From sequence record SRR31156797_8480: a stretch of 64,000 bases of DNA; one strand, given 5' to 3'. A program made the translations under genes and the position numbers. Shown here one piece after another: positions 1-16,920 of this stretch (position 1 is the first letter of the stretch; every line of letters starts with the position of its first letter). Below the pieces are notes generated by a model. It saw only the letters and a program-made list of their open reading frames with translations, did not search any database and had not been told where the DNA came from.

Positions 1-272
1 ATTCGCTCTTATACTGCGTTACAGATTTTCAACGTAGAATAACTATGTATTCAAATCACTGCCTTGTCTAAAAGCGAATAAATTCTCGCTGAACAAGTAT
101 CTTGAGGTTACTTAGGTATAAGTAATTAAGTGAAACAGGACTGATTGTGTTAACTCGGTGTCTGAAAATAACTGATACTGATAATTAACATTCTGTGTTG
201 CATTGATGGATTTGTTAAGTACAATACTGCACACCTAATGCGAAGTTCGGTTCAATCGATAAGCAAACTATT

Positions 273-281
273 TGCTATAAA
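273..281 (+). promoter_or_regulatory. Candidate extended -10 promoter for the lysine-riboswitch transcript
   Basis: TGcTATAAA about 20 nt upstream of the aptamer. An alternative TTGCAT-N16-TACAAT lies at 198-225. Confidence 0.35.
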
Positions 282-299
282 GTGATTTGTTCTGTCTTC

Positions 300-505
300 G
301 ACGTAGAGGAGCGATATTGAAAAGTATCCAGTATTGGGGTGATACCAATGAATTCTGGAGAAAGGCTGTATCGCCGAAGTTAGTCTGTCTATCAAACTAC
401 TAGCTGGGGTTGTTATCAAATAGGTACAACACTGCCATAGTTTTATATCTACGCTTATAAAAGTTTTGCTGGATATAATGTTGTTAAACTATGGAGCGCT
501 ACTGT
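300..505 (+). ncRNA. Lysine riboswitch (L-box)
   Basis: Conserved blocks GTAGAGGAGCG...GAAAGG...CGCCGAA...CTGGG...AATAGG...ACTGCCA...TGGAGCGCTAC in canonical order, upstream of an NhaC-family transporter. Confidence 0.93.
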
Positions 506-626
506 AGGGTTGGGTGGAGTGTTCACTTCCCTTTCGCTTAGTTCAACATAAATGGCATCGATTTGTTCGGTGTGGTTTGTCTGCAGTAGATCTCTAACCA
601 AATTTTTTAACTGGTTTTTGAAGATC

Positions 627-2228
627 ATGAATTTAATTGATTTTGCATCATCTCCGTTGTCACTGGTTCCTGCATTGGTGGCATTGAGTCTTGCTATTGT
701 TACCCGTCGCGTACTGATTTCTTTAGGCATGGGTATTGTATTGGGTGCGTTATTGCTTGCTGATTATTCTGTCGGTGATGCAGCAGGCTACATTGGTACT
801 CAGGTTTCTGGTGTATTTATTGAAGACGGTGGTCTGAATACCTGGAATATGAGTATTGTCGGATTCCTACTCTTATTAGGTATGATGACAGCTCTGCTAA
901 CACTTTCCGGTGGTACTCGCGCATTTGCAGAGTGGGCTCAGGTTCGTGTTAAGAGTAAGCGTGGTTCTAAACTACTTGCAGCATTTCTTGGCGTTTTCAT
1001 CTTTGTTGATGACTACTTTAATAGTTTAGCGGTTGGCTCAATTTCTCGTCCTGTTACTGATCGTTTCTATGTTTCGCGTGCCAAGTTGGCTTATATCCTA
1101 GATTCAACGGCTGCACCAATGTGTGTTGTGATGCCAGCGTCAAGCTGGGGTGCATACATTATGACGATTATCGGTGGCATTCTTGTCTCTCACGGTGTGA
1201 CTGAGTACTCTGCGCTTGGTGCATACTTACGTCTAGTACCTATGAACTTTTACGCAATTTTCGCTCTGTTAATGGTGTTTGCGGTTGTTTGGTTCCAAAT
1301 GGATGTAGGTCAAATGCGTAACCATGAAATCAATGCTTCTCAAGGGCAGGGGTTTGATGATGATATGCGTGAAAATGACGAGCAAGCGCGTGACCTTAAT
1401 GATGAACTGGATATTCGTGAAAGTGAGAAAGGCAAAGTGTCCGATCTTATTTTCCCAATCGTATTGCTGATTATTGCGACAATCGGCGCGATGATGTATA
1501 CCGGCGGGCAAGCGTTGGCTGCAGATGGACAGGCATTTAACGTACTTGGTGCATTTGAAAATACCGATGTGGGTACTTCATTAATCTACGGTGGCCTTGT
1601 TGGTCTAGCCGTAGCCTTGTTTACTGTTGTAAAACAAGGTATTTCAGTGGAAGAAATTTCCCGTACACTGTGGATTGGCGCAAAATCAATGTTCGGTGCA
1701 ATTTTGATTTTAGTGTTTGCTTGGACTATTGGTTCCGTAATTGGTGACATGAAAACAGGTGCTTACCTGTCTTCATTAGCACAAGGAAATATCGATCCTC
1801 ATTGGCTACCTGTAATTCTGTTCTTACTATCGGGCATTATGGCATTCTCAACCGGTACCTCATGGGGCACGTTTGGCATTATGCTTCCTATTGCTGGTGA
1901 CATGGCCGGTGCAACTGAGATTGCACTGATGCTACCGATGTTAAGCGCGGTACTTGCTGGCTCTGTATTTGGTGACCATTGTTCGCCAATCTCAGATACA
2001 ACAATCTTGTCTTCAACGGGTGCACGTTGTAATCATATCGACCACGTAGCAACTCAGTTACCTTATGCATTGGCCGTGGCTGCTGTTTCATGTATAGGTT
2101 TTGTTGTATTGGGTATGACTCTGTCTGTGTGGGCATCTCTGGCGGCTTCAACGGCTGCGTTTATTGCGGTATGTTTTGCCTTCAACGCGCTGTCTAAGTC
2201 AAAAGTGGCGAGCTATAACGCTGCTTAA
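627..2228 (+). CDS. NhaC-family transporter, probable lysine transporter (LysW-like)
   Basis: Multi-TM protein with FVDDYFNSL, DSTAAP, GTSWGTFGI and GDHCSPISDTT motifs, under a lysine riboswitch. Start reassigned to ATG 627. Confidence 0.85.
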   Translation: MNLIDFASSPLSLVPALVALSLAIVTRRVLISLGMGIVLGALLLADYSVGDAAGYIGTQVSGVFIEDGGLNTWNMSIVGFLLLLGMMTALLTLSGGTRAFAEWAQVRVKSKRGSKLLAAFLGVFIFVDDYFNSLAVGSISRPVTDRFYVSRAKLAYILDSTAAPMCVVMPASSWGAYIMTIIGGILVSHGVTEYSALGAYLRLVPMNFYAIFALLMVFAVVWFQMDVGQMRNHEINASQGQGFDDDMRENDEQARDLNDELDIRESEKGKVSDLIFPIVLLIIATIGAMMYTGGQALAADGQAFNVLGAFENTDVGTSLIYGGLVGLAVALFTVVKQGISVEEISRTLWIGAKSMFGAILILVFAWTIGSVIGDMKTGAYLSSLAQGNIDPHWLPVILFLLSGIMAFSTGTSWGTFGIMLPIAGDMAGATEIALMLPMLSAVLAGSVFGDHCSPISDTTILSSTGARCNHIDHVATQLPYALAVAAVSCIGFVVLGMTLSVWASLAASTAAFIAVCFAFNALSKSKVASYNAA

Positions 2229-2249
2229 TCAGTGACAATTTAGATTTCT

Positions 2250-2273
2250 AAGGAGGCTCAAGCCTCCTTTTTT
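2250..2273 (+). terminator. Intrinsic terminator
   Basis: AAGGAGGCT-CA-AGCCTCCTT followed by a T-run. Confidence 0.8.
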
Positions 2274-2325
2274 ATGCCTAAATTTTACAATGTCAGAAAA
2301 AGATGACGAAAAGTGAATTTTTTTG

Positions 2326-2354
2326 TTGAAAAATGAGACCAGCTTCGTTAGTGT
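2326..2354 (+). promoter_or_regulatory. Candidate sigma70 promoter of the his operon
   Basis: TTGAAA-N17-TAGTGT, ~40 nt upstream of the leader peptide. Confidence 0.45.
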
Positions 2355-2392
2355 TGAATGCAATCCAGTAAACACGTTCGGTGTAATTAAGT

Positions 2393-2437
2393 ATGCGTAA
2401 TTTTGTAATGAATATTCATCACCATCATCATCCCTAA
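2393..2437 (+). CDS. hisL: his operon leader peptide MRNFVMNIHHHHHP
   Basis: Short ORF with five consecutive His codons directly ahead of the attenuator hairpins. Alternative in-frame ATG at 2408. Confidence 0.9.
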   Translation: MRNFVMNIHHHHHP

Positions 2438-2549
2438 AAGTCTTTCGGGAGATGTACGCATACCCGGGAGACAGGATTCTCCCGGTGGTTAAAATCAAAG
2501 TATTATCAGATTTATAACCCTTGGGAGACAACTCTTCCAAGGGTTTTTT
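2438..2549 (+). promoter_or_regulatory. Histidine operon attenuator
   Basis: Repeated (C/T)GGGAGA blocks, hairpin CCGGGAGA..TCTCCCGG (~2464-2485), and terminator AACCCTTGGGAGA-CAAC-TCTTCCAAGGGTT plus T-run (2516-2549). Confidence 0.9.
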
Positions 2550-2605
2550 ACTATCTGGTTTAATTAAAATTTAAAGATTTCAATATTTTACGAAGGAAGA
2601 ATGTA

Positions 2606-3502
2606 ATGCAAACACAACGTCTAAGAATCGCAGTTCAGAAAAAAGGTCGCCTAAGCAAAGAGTGTTTCGAGCTACTTAAACAGTGTGGTGTGAAATTTAA
2701 TGTGATGGGCGAGCGTTTAGTCGTTCACTCAATGAATATGCCGATTGACCTTCTTCTCGTTCGTGACGACGACATCCCTGGTTTGATTATGGACGGAGTT
2801 GTTGACCTTGGTTTTGTTGGTGAAAACGTACTAGAAGAAACGCGTTATGATCGCATTGCTATGAATCAACCGAGTGAGTTTGTTGACCTTCGTCGTCTTG
2901 AGTTTGGTGGTTGCCGTTTGTCTATCGCAATCGATAAAGATGTTGAGTACAACGGCCCACAAGACCTGAATGGTAAGCGAATTGCTACTACTTACCCTCA
3001 AATTCTAAAAGCTTACATGGATGAGCAGGGTATCGATTTTAGTACCTGTATGTTGACTGGTTCAGTTGAAGTTGCTCCTCGCGCTGGCCTTGCTGATGCA
3101 ATTGCAGATTTAGTTTCAACGGGCGCAACACTTGAAGCCAACGGCCTAAAAGAAGTGGAAGTTATCTTCCAGTCAAAAGCAAAATTGATTCAACGCACTG
3201 GTCAATTCTCTGAAGATAAAGCAGCATTAATCGATAAACTTCTTACACGTATGCAAGGTGTTCAACAGGCGAAAGAGTCTAAATACATCATGTTACACGC
3301 TCCAGCGGACAAACTCGCAGACATTAAATCGCTTCTTCCTGGCGCTGAAGATCCAACAGTCTTACCTCTATCTGCGGATAAATCGAAAGTCGCAGTACAC
3401 TTAGTCAGTGCGGAAAACTTGTTCTGGGAAACGATGGAACAGTTAAAAGCTCTGGGTGCAAGTTCTATCCTTGTACTACCAATTGAGAAGATGATGGAGT
3501 AA
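2606..3502 (+). CDS. hisG: ATP phosphoribosyltransferase (long form)
   Basis: [19 protein letters not shown] and DLVSTGATL motifs; first gene of the his operon. Confidence 0.97.
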   Translation: MQTQRLRIAVQKKGRLSKECFELLKQCGVKFNVMGERLVVHSMNMPIDLLLVRDDDIPGLIMDGVVDLGFVGENVLEETRYDRIAMNQPSEFVDLRRLEFGGCRLSIAIDKDVEYNGPQDLNGKRIATTYPQILKAYMDEQGIDFSTCMLTGSVEVAPRAGLADAIADLVSTGATLEANGLKEVEVIFQSKAKLIQRTGQFSEDKAALIDKLLTRMQGVQQAKESKYIMLHAPADKLADIKSLLPGAEDPTVLPLSADKSKVAVHLVSAENLFWETMEQLKALGASSILVLPIEKMME

Positions 3503-3507
3503 GCCTG

Positions 3508-5861
<2,354 letters not shown>

Positions 5862-5908
5862 AAACAATCACAAAAGGTCAATAGACCTTAGTAAATAAGG
5901 AAGTTACA

Positions 5909-6982
5909 GTGAGTAACCAACAAAAAATTCTATTTATCGACCGCGACGGCACCTTAATTGTTGAGCCTCCGGTAGATTTTCAGGTAGACCGATTAGACAA
6001 ACTAAAACTGGAACCTTTGGTGATCCCAAGTTTGTTAACTCTGCAAGATGCTGGTTACCGATTGGTGATGGTAACCAACCAAGACGGTTTGGGCACCAGC
6101 AGCTACCCACAAGAAGATTTCGAGGCACCACATAACATGATGATGGACATCTTTTCATCACAAGGTGTTAAGTTTGATGATGTATTGATTTGTCCTCACT
6201 TTGAAGAAGATAACTGCTCATGCCGTAAGCCTAAGTTAGGTATGGTGAAAGAGTACTTGCAAGGTGGCAAAGTTGATTTCAAATCTTCGGTTGTGATCGG
6301 TGACCGAGCGACGGATCTTCAACTGGCAGAGAATATGGCTATCCGCGGTATTCAGTACAACCCTGAAACCATGAACTGGCCACAGATTGTTAAAGATTTG
6401 ACAGTAACAGCACGTACCGCTGAAGTGGTTCGTAAGACCAAAGAAACGGATATTTTAGTCGCGGTTAACCTTGATGAGACTGGCGGCAATCAAATTGAAA
6501 CAGGCCTGGGTTTCTTTGACCACATGCTGGACCAAATCGCGACTCACGGTGGTTTCCAGTTGAAGCTCAAAGTAGACGGTGATTTACACATAGATGATCA
6601 CCACACGGTTGAAGATACCGCATTGGCGTTAGGACAAGCGATTAAAGAAGCTCTGGGCGACAAGCGTGGTATTGGCCGTTTTGGTTTTACGTTGCCAATG
6701 GATGAGTGTTTAGCTCAGTGTGCGTTGGATCTATCAGGCCGTCCATATTTGAAGTTTGATGCTGAATTTAGCCGCCCGGAAGTGGGTGATTTATCGACCG
6801 AGATGGTTTACCACTTCTTCCGCTCGCTGACGGACACGTTGGCGTGTACGCTGCACCTTTCTTCTAATGGCGAGAATGATCACCACATCATTGAAAGCCT
6901 GTTTAAAGCGTTCGGTCGTACTTTACGTCAGGCTATTCAGGTTCAAGGAAACGAACTGCCAAGTAGTAAAGGCGTTCTCTAA
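5909..6982 (+). CDS. hisB: Bifunctional histidinol-phosphatase / imidazoleglycerol-phosphate dehydratase
   Basis: HAD motif DRDGT, plus DDHHTVED and NDHHIIE dehydratase motifs; GTG start. Confidence 0.97.
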   Translation: MSNQQKILFIDRDGTLIVEPPVDFQVDRLDKLKLEPLVIPSLLTLQDAGYRLVMVTNQDGLGTSSYPQEDFEAPHNMMMDIFSSQGVKFDDVLICPHFEEDNCSCRKPKLGMVKEYLQGGKVDFKSSVVIGDRATDLQLAENMAIRGIQYNPETMNWPQIVKDLTVTARTAEVVRKTKETDILVAVNLDETGGNQIETGLGFFDHMLDQIATHGGFQLKLKVDGDLHIDDHHTVEDTALALGQAIKEALGDKRGIGRFGFTLPMDECLAQCALDLSGRPYLKFDAEFSRPEVGDLSTEMVYHFFRSLTDTLACTLHLSSNGENDHHIIESLFKAFGRTLRQAIQVQGNELPSSKGVL

Positions 6983-6999
6983 TGGAAAAGGACTTTTTT

Positions 7000-7626
7000 A
7001 TGGAATCGAAAGCAATGGAACAGAAAGTTGTCATTATTGATACTGGATGTGCCAACGTTTCATCGGTGAAATTCGCGATTGAACGTTTAGGTTATTCAGT
7101 AACGATTTCTAAAGACCCAGCCATTGTTCTTGCTGCTGATAAGTTGTTCCTGCCGGGGGTTGGAACGGCGAGTGAAGCAATGAAAAACCTGAGAGAGCGC
7201 AATCTTATTGAACTGGTGAAAAAGGTTGAAAAGCCGATGCTGGGTATCTGTTTAGGTATGCAGCTTTTGGGCAAGTTATCTGAAGAGAAAGGACAGAAAG
7301 CTGACGAAATTGTGGATTGTCTCGGGTTAGTTGACGGTGAAGTTCGTTTGATGCAAACCGGTGATTTGCCACTGCCGCACATGGGGTGGAATACGGTTTT
7401 AGCAAAAGCGGGTAATCCACTGTTTAAAGACATCGAAGAAGGTGAGTACTTCTACTTTGTTCACAGTTTTGCTATGCCTGTGGGTGACTACACCATTGCC
7501 GAATGTGGCTACGGTAATCCGTTTAGTGCTGCGATTCAAAATGGCAATTATTACGGCGTGCAATTTCACCCGGAACGTTCATCGAAAGCGGGTTCTAAAT
7601 TAATTCAGAATTTCCTAGAGCTCTAA
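7000..7626 (+). CDS. hisH: Imidazole glycerol phosphate synthase, glutaminase subunit
   Basis: LPGVG, GICLGMQ and QFHPERS. ATG 7000 chosen because it follows AAGGA; 6982 and 7015 are alternatives. Confidence 0.95.
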   Translation: MESKAMEQKVVIIDTGCANVSSVKFAIERLGYSVTISKDPAIVLAADKLFLPGVGTASEAMKNLRERNLIELVKKVEKPMLGICLGMQLLGKLSEEKGQKADEIVDCLGLVDGEVRLMQTGDLPLPHMGWNTVLAKAGNPLFKDIEEGEYFYFVHSFAMPVGDYTIAECGYGNPFSAAIQNGNYYGVQFHPERSSKAGSKLIQNFLEL

Positions 7627-7633
7627 GAGATAA

Positions 7634-9161
<1,528 letters not shown>

Positions 9162-9165
<4 letters not shown>

Positions 9166-9773
9166 GCCTAGCGGAACGTATTAATTGGGAAAAGGTTGAT
9201 GGTCTTGTTCCTGCAATAGTGCAGGATTTTGGTTCAAGCCAAGTACTTATGATGGGCTACATGAACCAGGAAGCGTTAGCGAAGACATTAGAAACAGAAC
9301 AAGTGACTTTCTATTCACGCACGAAACAGCGTTTATGGACCAAGGGCGAAACATCAGGCAATGTTCTTCAGTTAAAAAATATTGCCCTAGATTGTGATCA
9401 GGATACGTTGCTGGTTAAAGTGAATCCTATTGGGCCAACATGCCACACAGGAACAACAACCTGTTGGGATGCGGATGCTCAAGAGGAGTCACAAATGGTG
9501 TGGCTTCATCAACTTGAGCAGCTATTGGCTGCCCGCAAGAGTGCCGACCCAGAATCCTCCTATACCGCCAGTCTTTATGCGCGTGGCACCAAACGCATTT
9601 CGCAGAAAGTGGGCGAAGAAGGTGTCGAAGTTGCGCTTGCGGCGACGTCGGGCGATAAGGCGGAATTAGTGTGTGAATCAGCAGACTTGATTTATCACCT
9701 GATGGTTCTATTGCAAGACCAAGGCTTATCGATGAGTGATGTGGTTGATAAGCTGAAAGAGCGTCATAAGTAA
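9162..9773 (+). CDS. hisI: Bifunctional phosphoribosyl-AMP cyclohydrolase / phosphoribosyl-ATP pyrophosphatase
   Basis: [22 protein letters not shown] and KVGEEGVE motifs (HisIE fusion). Confidence 0.96.
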
Positions 9774-9777
9774 TTAG

Positions 9778-9804
9778 AAAGTCCCGAATTATCGGGACTT
9801 TTTT
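9778..9804. terminator. Terminator between the convergent his operon and rluE
   Basis: AAAGTCCCGA-ATTA-TCGGGACTTTTTT. Confidence 0.85.
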
Positions 9805-9819
9805 AGTCTTGTGCTTTGT

Positions 9820-10512
9820 TTATAGTTTTATCTCTTTCCATTCTCCCGGCTGGAGATCCCCAAGTTCAATGTTGCCCATTGAATAACGAATCAGACGCAG
9901 AGTCGGGAATCCAATATGCGCTGTCATGCGTCTTACCTGACGATTTCGACCTTCAATAATGGTGATGGCTAACCATGTGGTTGGAATGGCCGCTCTAAAG
10001 CGCACAGGTGGGTTTCGTGGCCAAAGTTGAGGTTCTTCCATCACTTCAACTTTTGCAGGTAACGTTGGCCCATCTTTCAATGTGACGCCGTTACGCAGCT
10101 TATCGAGATCTGACTGTTGAGGAGCACCTTCAACTTGTACCCAATAGGTTTTTTCTGATTTCGACTTTGGCTGAGTTAGCCTGGCTTGCAAAATACCATC
10201 GTTGGTTAGCACCATTAGTCCTTCGCTATCACGATCGAGTCGACCTGCAGCGTACACGTCTTTTACTGGCACATAGTCGGCTAATGTTTTACGTCCGTCT
10301 CCGTCAGTAAATTGGCTTAACGTGTCATAAGGTTTATTGAAGACAATAGTTTTTCGGTCTTCAATCCGAACTTTGGGTTTTTGAGTTGCCGCATTTTGTG
10401 CTCTATTTCCACGTGTTGGACGGTTAGGTGTGGTTCCTTTCCCGTGTTTAAAATGCGGTTTTTTTGTCGAGTTAGAAGCTGGGTTAGAACCTCTACGCGA
10501 GCTGGATGACAT
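9820..10512 (-). CDS. rluE: 23S rRNA pseudouridine synthase E
   Basis: [10 protein letters not shown] and [10 protein letters not shown] motifs; divergent from icd as in enterobacteria. Confidence 0.9.
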   Translation of the reverse strand: MSSSSRRGSNPASNSTKKPHFKHGKGTTPNRPTRGNRAQNAATQKPKVRIEDRKTIVFNKPYDTLSQFTDGDGRKTLADYVPVKDVYAAGRLDRDSEGLMVLTNDGILQARLTQPKSKSEKTYWVQVEGAPQQSDLDKLRNGVTLKDGPTLPAKVEVMEEPQLWPRNPPVRFRAAIPTTWLAITIIEGRNRQVRRMTAHIGFPTLRLIRYSMGNIELGDLQPGEWKEIKL

Positions 10513-10798
10513 GTTAACTACCTTGCAAAAATGTAAATGAAGTGTATTTGAAAGTTTTCTAAAACTCGGTTTTGCGCTATCATTTGCGCGCCCAGAAATA
10601 GGATAAACGACAAGATGATAGACTATTATCCTAATTTTGTTTAATTATAACGATCTTCACTCATGGACTGTATCGAAGACTCACATGTAATTCGAACGCC
10701 AAAATGGACCGAGTGGGACTAAGGTGCACAAGAATGGGTATTCCAACTTGCGCCGCACATTCACACAACGCATTCTCGTGTGTTGTTAGAACAAATAG

Positions 10799-13036
<2,238 letters not shown>

Positions 13037-13062
13037 TTGCCCGTCGTTACTGCTTAAAACAC

Positions 13063-13087
13063 AAAACCCGCCGATTGGCGGGTTTTT
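13063..13087. terminator. Bidirectional terminator between icd and cspD
   Basis: AAAACCCGCC-GATT-GGCGGGTTTTT. Confidence 0.85.
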
Positions 13088-13147
13088 CATATCTATCTTT
13101 CAATAAATCGTTGCTCTAAAAGGAGTTGTGATTTATTCGGCAGCGAA

Positions 13148-13369
13148 CTATTTAGATTGTTGCCCTTCAATAGGTACGACACTACTAGCGTGGTAACCTT
13201 TAGGTCCTTGTTCAACTTCATACGCTACTTGCTGTCCCGCTTTAAGAGTGCGGTAGCCATCCATTTGGATAGTAGAATAATGAGCAAAAATGTCTCCATC
13301 TTCGCCTTCTGGACAGATGAAACCAAATCCTTTGGCGTTATTGAACCATTTTACTGTACCTGTAGCCAT
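13148..13369 (-). CDS. cspD: Cold-shock domain protein CspD
   Basis: GTVKWFNNAKGFGFI and DIFAHYSTIQMDGY; divergent from clpS. Confidence 0.95.
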   Translation of the reverse strand: MATGTVKWFNNAKGFGFICPEGEDGDIFAHYSTIQMDGYRTLKAGQQVAYEVEQGPKGYHASSVVPIEGQQSK

Positions 13370-13839
13370 GCTATACGTCCCTCATGCATTGTGTTACTGA
13401 TGTTGTTGGCGGAGAAATTCACTCTTGTGTCACCTTGGTGATTGCTCCTTGTAGTGAATATTGATTCAGCCGCTGCCAAATTTTTAGTCACTATTTGACC
13501 AATGTAGTCAATGATTGACCACAGTCAATAGGAAATTGGTATAAAAATGCATAGTTTTATAGCCAAATCACTTTTAAGATTGCCATTGATGATGTTTCTC
13601 AAACTTATTGTTCAATATCAGTCTTGAGAATGTGTTGTGTAAAAGTGATGAACAAATGAACGTTTGGTTTAAAGTTGATTGCTAATAGCAATGTTTTATT
13701 TGCAGCGATACAATTGCTGCATTAGTCTCTTAAGTAAGGGTTGTTTTTCACCTTCACTGACAGAGCTTTAAGTGAGCAACTGAAAAGACATTTTAGAGAA
13801 GAGACAGACCTAAGAGAAACACTCCTAAATACGGCCATC

Positions 13840-14160
13840 ATGAGTAAAAATTTTGAATGGGTAACTCCAGACTCAGATTTACTGGAGAAAGAAAAAACAG
13901 CAACAAAACCACCGGCAATGTATAACGTCGTACTGAATAACGACGACTACACTCCGATGGACTTTGTAATTGAAATCCTAGAGCGTTTTTTCTCAATGGA
14001 TATAGAAAAAGCGACCCAAGTGATGCTGAAGATTCATTATGAAGGAAAAGCAATTTGTGGCACGTTTACTGCAGAGGTTGCAGAGACGAAAGTCGCTCAG
14101 GTGACAATGTATGCACGGGAAAATGAGCATCCACTGCTTTGTACTATGGAAAAAGCATAA
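13840..14160 (+). CDS. clpS: ATP-dependent Clp protease adaptor ClpS
   Basis: [10 protein letters not shown] and HPLLCTME motifs. Start reassigned to ATG 13840. Confidence 0.95.
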   Translation: MSKNFEWVTPDSDLLEKEKTATKPPAMYNVVLNNDDYTPMDFVIEILERFFSMDIEKATQVMLKIHYEGKAICGTFTAEVAETKVAQVTMYARENEHPLLCTMEKA

Positions 14161-14196
14161 TATAAGCAGGAGTGGTTGTTCTTTAAGGAGGCCTTA

Positions 14197-16464
14197 ATGC
14201 TTAACAAAGAACTAGAGTCTAGTCTAAACGGCGCGTTCGCTCGAGCGCGAGACAAAAGACATGAATTCATGACCGTCGAGCACCTCCTATTAGCATTATT
14301 GGAAAATGATGCAGCGAAGGAAGCGTTGCTAGCTTGTCAGGCTGATATTGACGTTCTGCGTCGAGAGCTTGACGTTTTCATTGATCAAACAACCCCACTA
14401 ATCCCAGATAACGACGAAACACGAGAAACTCAGCCTACACTGAGCTTTCAACGCGTGCTACAGCGTGCAGTCTTTCACGTTCAATCCTCTGGTCGCAGTG
14501 AAGTCACGGGTGCAAATGTGCTCGTTGCAATCTTTAGCGAACAAGAGTCTCATGCTGCTTACCTACTGAAAAAAAATGACATTAGTCGCTTAGATATTGT
14601 TAATTATATTTCTCACGGTATCACCAAAGCATCGAGCCCAAGTGATGATCCTTCTTCGGATTCTTTTGGCACAGAAAGTCCAGAAGACTCGCCTTCAGAA
14701 GAGCGTCTAGAAAGTTTTGCTACCAACCTGAATCAACTTGCAGGGCAGGGGCAAATCGATCCTCTTATTGGTCGTGATAAAGAACTTGAGCGAACTATTC
14801 AAGTACTTTGTCGCCGACGTAAAAACAACCCGCTGTTAGTGGGTGAGGCTGGTGTCGGTAAAACGGCGATTGCCGAAGGTTTAGCGTGGAGAATCGTTGA
14901 AGGCCAAGTGCCTGAAGTGATTAAAGATAGCGTTATTTACTCACTTGATATCGGTTCTTTGCTTGCCGGTACAAAGTATCGTGGTGATTTTGAAAAACGC
15001 TTTAAAACGATTCTTAAGCAGCTAGAAAAAGAAAAAGACGCCATTCTTTTCATCGATGAAATTCATACCATTATCGGTGCGGGGGCTGCTTCAGGTGGTC
15101 AAGTCGACGCGGCTAACCTGATTAAGCCACTGTTGAGTAGCGGTAAGCTTCGTTGTATTGGTTCTACTACGTACCAAGAGTACAGCAACATCTTTGAAAA
15201 GGAACGAGCGCTATCCCGCCGTTTCCAAAAAATTGACGTTGTAGAGCCGTCTTTGGATGATACCACCAAGATTTTGATGGGATTGAAACCAAAATACGAA
15301 GCTCACCATGAAGTTCGATACACCAATAAAGCGCTTCGTGCTGCGGTAGAACTGTCTGCGAAGTACATCAATGAGCGTCACTTGCCAGACAAAGCGATCG
15401 ATGTGATTGACGAAGCTGGTGCTCGTGTACGTCTGCTGCCTGTTAGCAAGCGTAAGAAAACCGTTGGTGTGGCTGAGATAGAGTCAATGGTTGCGAAAAT
15501 GGCTCGAATTCCAGAAAAATCTGTTTCATCTTCAGATAAAGATATTTTGAAAAATCTTGATCAAAAAATGAAGATGCTGGTGTTTGGCCAGGACGATGCG
15601 ATCGATGTATTGACAGAATCAATCAAGCTTACCCGAGCCGGACTGGGTGCTGATAATCGCCCTGTAGGTTCATTCCTGTTTGCTGGTCCTACTGGTGTGG
15701 GTAAAACCGAAGTGACCGTCCAGTTGTCTAAACTGTTGGGAATTGAGCTACTGCGCTTCGACATGTCTGAGTATGGTGAACGTCATTCAGTCAGTCGATT
15801 GATTGGTGCGCCTCCGGGTTATGTCGGCTATGACCAAGGTGGATTGTTGACCGATGCGGTCATTAAAAACCCTCACTCAGTGGTGCTGTTGGATGAGATT
15901 GAGAAAGCACACCCAGATATCTTTAACTTGCTACTACAGGTTATGGATAATGGTACGTTAACCGACAATAATGGTCGTAAAGCGGACTTCCGCAATATTA
16001 TTTTAGTGATGACTACTAACGCGGGTGTTGCTGAAACCGTTAAGAAATCCATTGGTTTGATTCAACAAGACCATAGCCACGATGCCATGGCCGCAATCAA
16101 GAAAGTGTTTACGCCTGAATTTAGAAACCGTCTTGACCACACAATTTGGTTTAACAGTTTAGATGAGAGCGTGATTCACCAAGTGGTTGATAAGTTCATT
16201 GTTGAACTACAAGCTCAACTGGACGCTCGTGGCGTGTCTTTGGAAGTATCAGAAGATGCTCGTCACTGGTTAGCGGTGAGAGGTTATGACCGCGAAATGG
16301 GGGCTCGTCCTATGGGTAGAGTGATTCAAGATCAGTTGAAGAAACCGTTGGCAAACGAACTGTTGTTCGGCTCGCTGGTTGATGGTGGTACCGTTAAAGT
16401 TGGCTTGAAAGACGACCACTTAACATTTGAGTACTTAGGCTCTAAAGAAGAAGTTCTTCACTAG
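14197..16464 (+). CDS. clpA: ATP-dependent Clp protease ATP-binding subunit ClpA
   Basis: Two AAA+ modules ([16 protein letters not shown]) and an IGL loop; GGAGG SD before ATG 14197. Confidence 0.97.
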   Translation: MLNKELESSLNGAFARARDKRHEFMTVEHLLLALLENDAAKEALLACQADIDVLRRELDVFIDQTTPLIPDNDETRETQPTLSFQRVLQRAVFHVQSSGRSEVTGANVLVAIFSEQESHAAYLLKKNDISRLDIVNYISHGITKASSPSDDPSSDSFGTESPEDSPSEERLESFATNLNQLAGQGQIDPLIGRDKELERTIQVLCRRRKNNPLLVGEAGVGKTAIAEGLAWRIVEGQVPEVIKDSVIYSLDIGSLLAGTKYRGDFEKRFKTILKQLEKEKDAILFIDEIHTIIGAGAASGGQVDAANLIKPLLSSGKLRCIGSTTYQEYSNIFEKERALSRRFQKIDVVEPSLDDTTKILMGLKPKYEAHHEVRYTNKALRAAVELSAKYINERHLPDKAIDVIDEAGARVRLLPVSKRKKTVGVAEIESMVAKMARIPEKSVSSSDKDILKNLDQKMKMLVFGQDDAIDVLTESIKLTRAGLGADNRPVGSFLFAGPTGVGKTEVTVQLSKLLGIELLRFDMSEYGERHSVSRLIGAPPGYVGYDQGGLLTDAVIKNPHSVVLLDEIEKAHPDIFNLLLQVMDNGTLTDNNGRKADFRNIILVMTTNAGVAETVKKSIGLIQQDHSHDAMAAIKKVFTPEFRNRLDHTIWFNSLDESVIHQVVDKFIVELQAQLDARGVSLEVSEDARHWLAVRGYDREMGARPMGRVIQDQLKKPLANELLFGSLVDGGTVKVGLKDDHLTFEYLGSKEEVLH

Positions 16465-16484
16465 AAGACGACTTTGGTTAAAAC

Positions 16485-16513
16485 AAAAAGCGCATCATTG
16501 ATGCGCTTTTTTT
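16485..16513 (+). terminator. clpA terminator
   Basis: AAAAAGCGCATCA-T-TGATGCGCTTTTTTT inverted repeat. Confidence 0.8.
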
Positions 16514-16564
16514 AATCCAATCAATGCCTATATCAGCTTGAATGCTCGTATTGTTTTAAGAGCT

Positions 16565-16604
16565 GCAACAAAAAACGGAGCAATTAAGCTCCGCTTTTTG
16601 TTGC
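16565..16604 (-). terminator. infA terminator
   Basis: CGGAGC-N6-GCTCCG stem flanked by A and T runs. Confidence 0.7.
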
Positions 16605-16621
16605 GTTCGAAAATTTAAAAA

Positions 16622-16840
<219 letters not shown>

Positions 16841-16920
16841 TTAATCCTCTTTAGAAATGTGGCGCAAATCAACGACCTGAAGCGTCATTGATTGTTAAAC
16901 AAGTAAAGTTGGAGCGTATT

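Noticed and set aside
174-192. Fur-box-like sequences here and at 59885-59903 (14/19 each)
   Set aside because: Such matches arise easily in AT-rich DNA, and adjacent genes have no clear iron link.
455-730. 91-aa minus-strand ORF, and the 552 start for the transporter
   Set aside because: Both overlap the riboswitch platform or the transporter 5' end and have no recognisable motif. ATG 627 fits the leader structure better.
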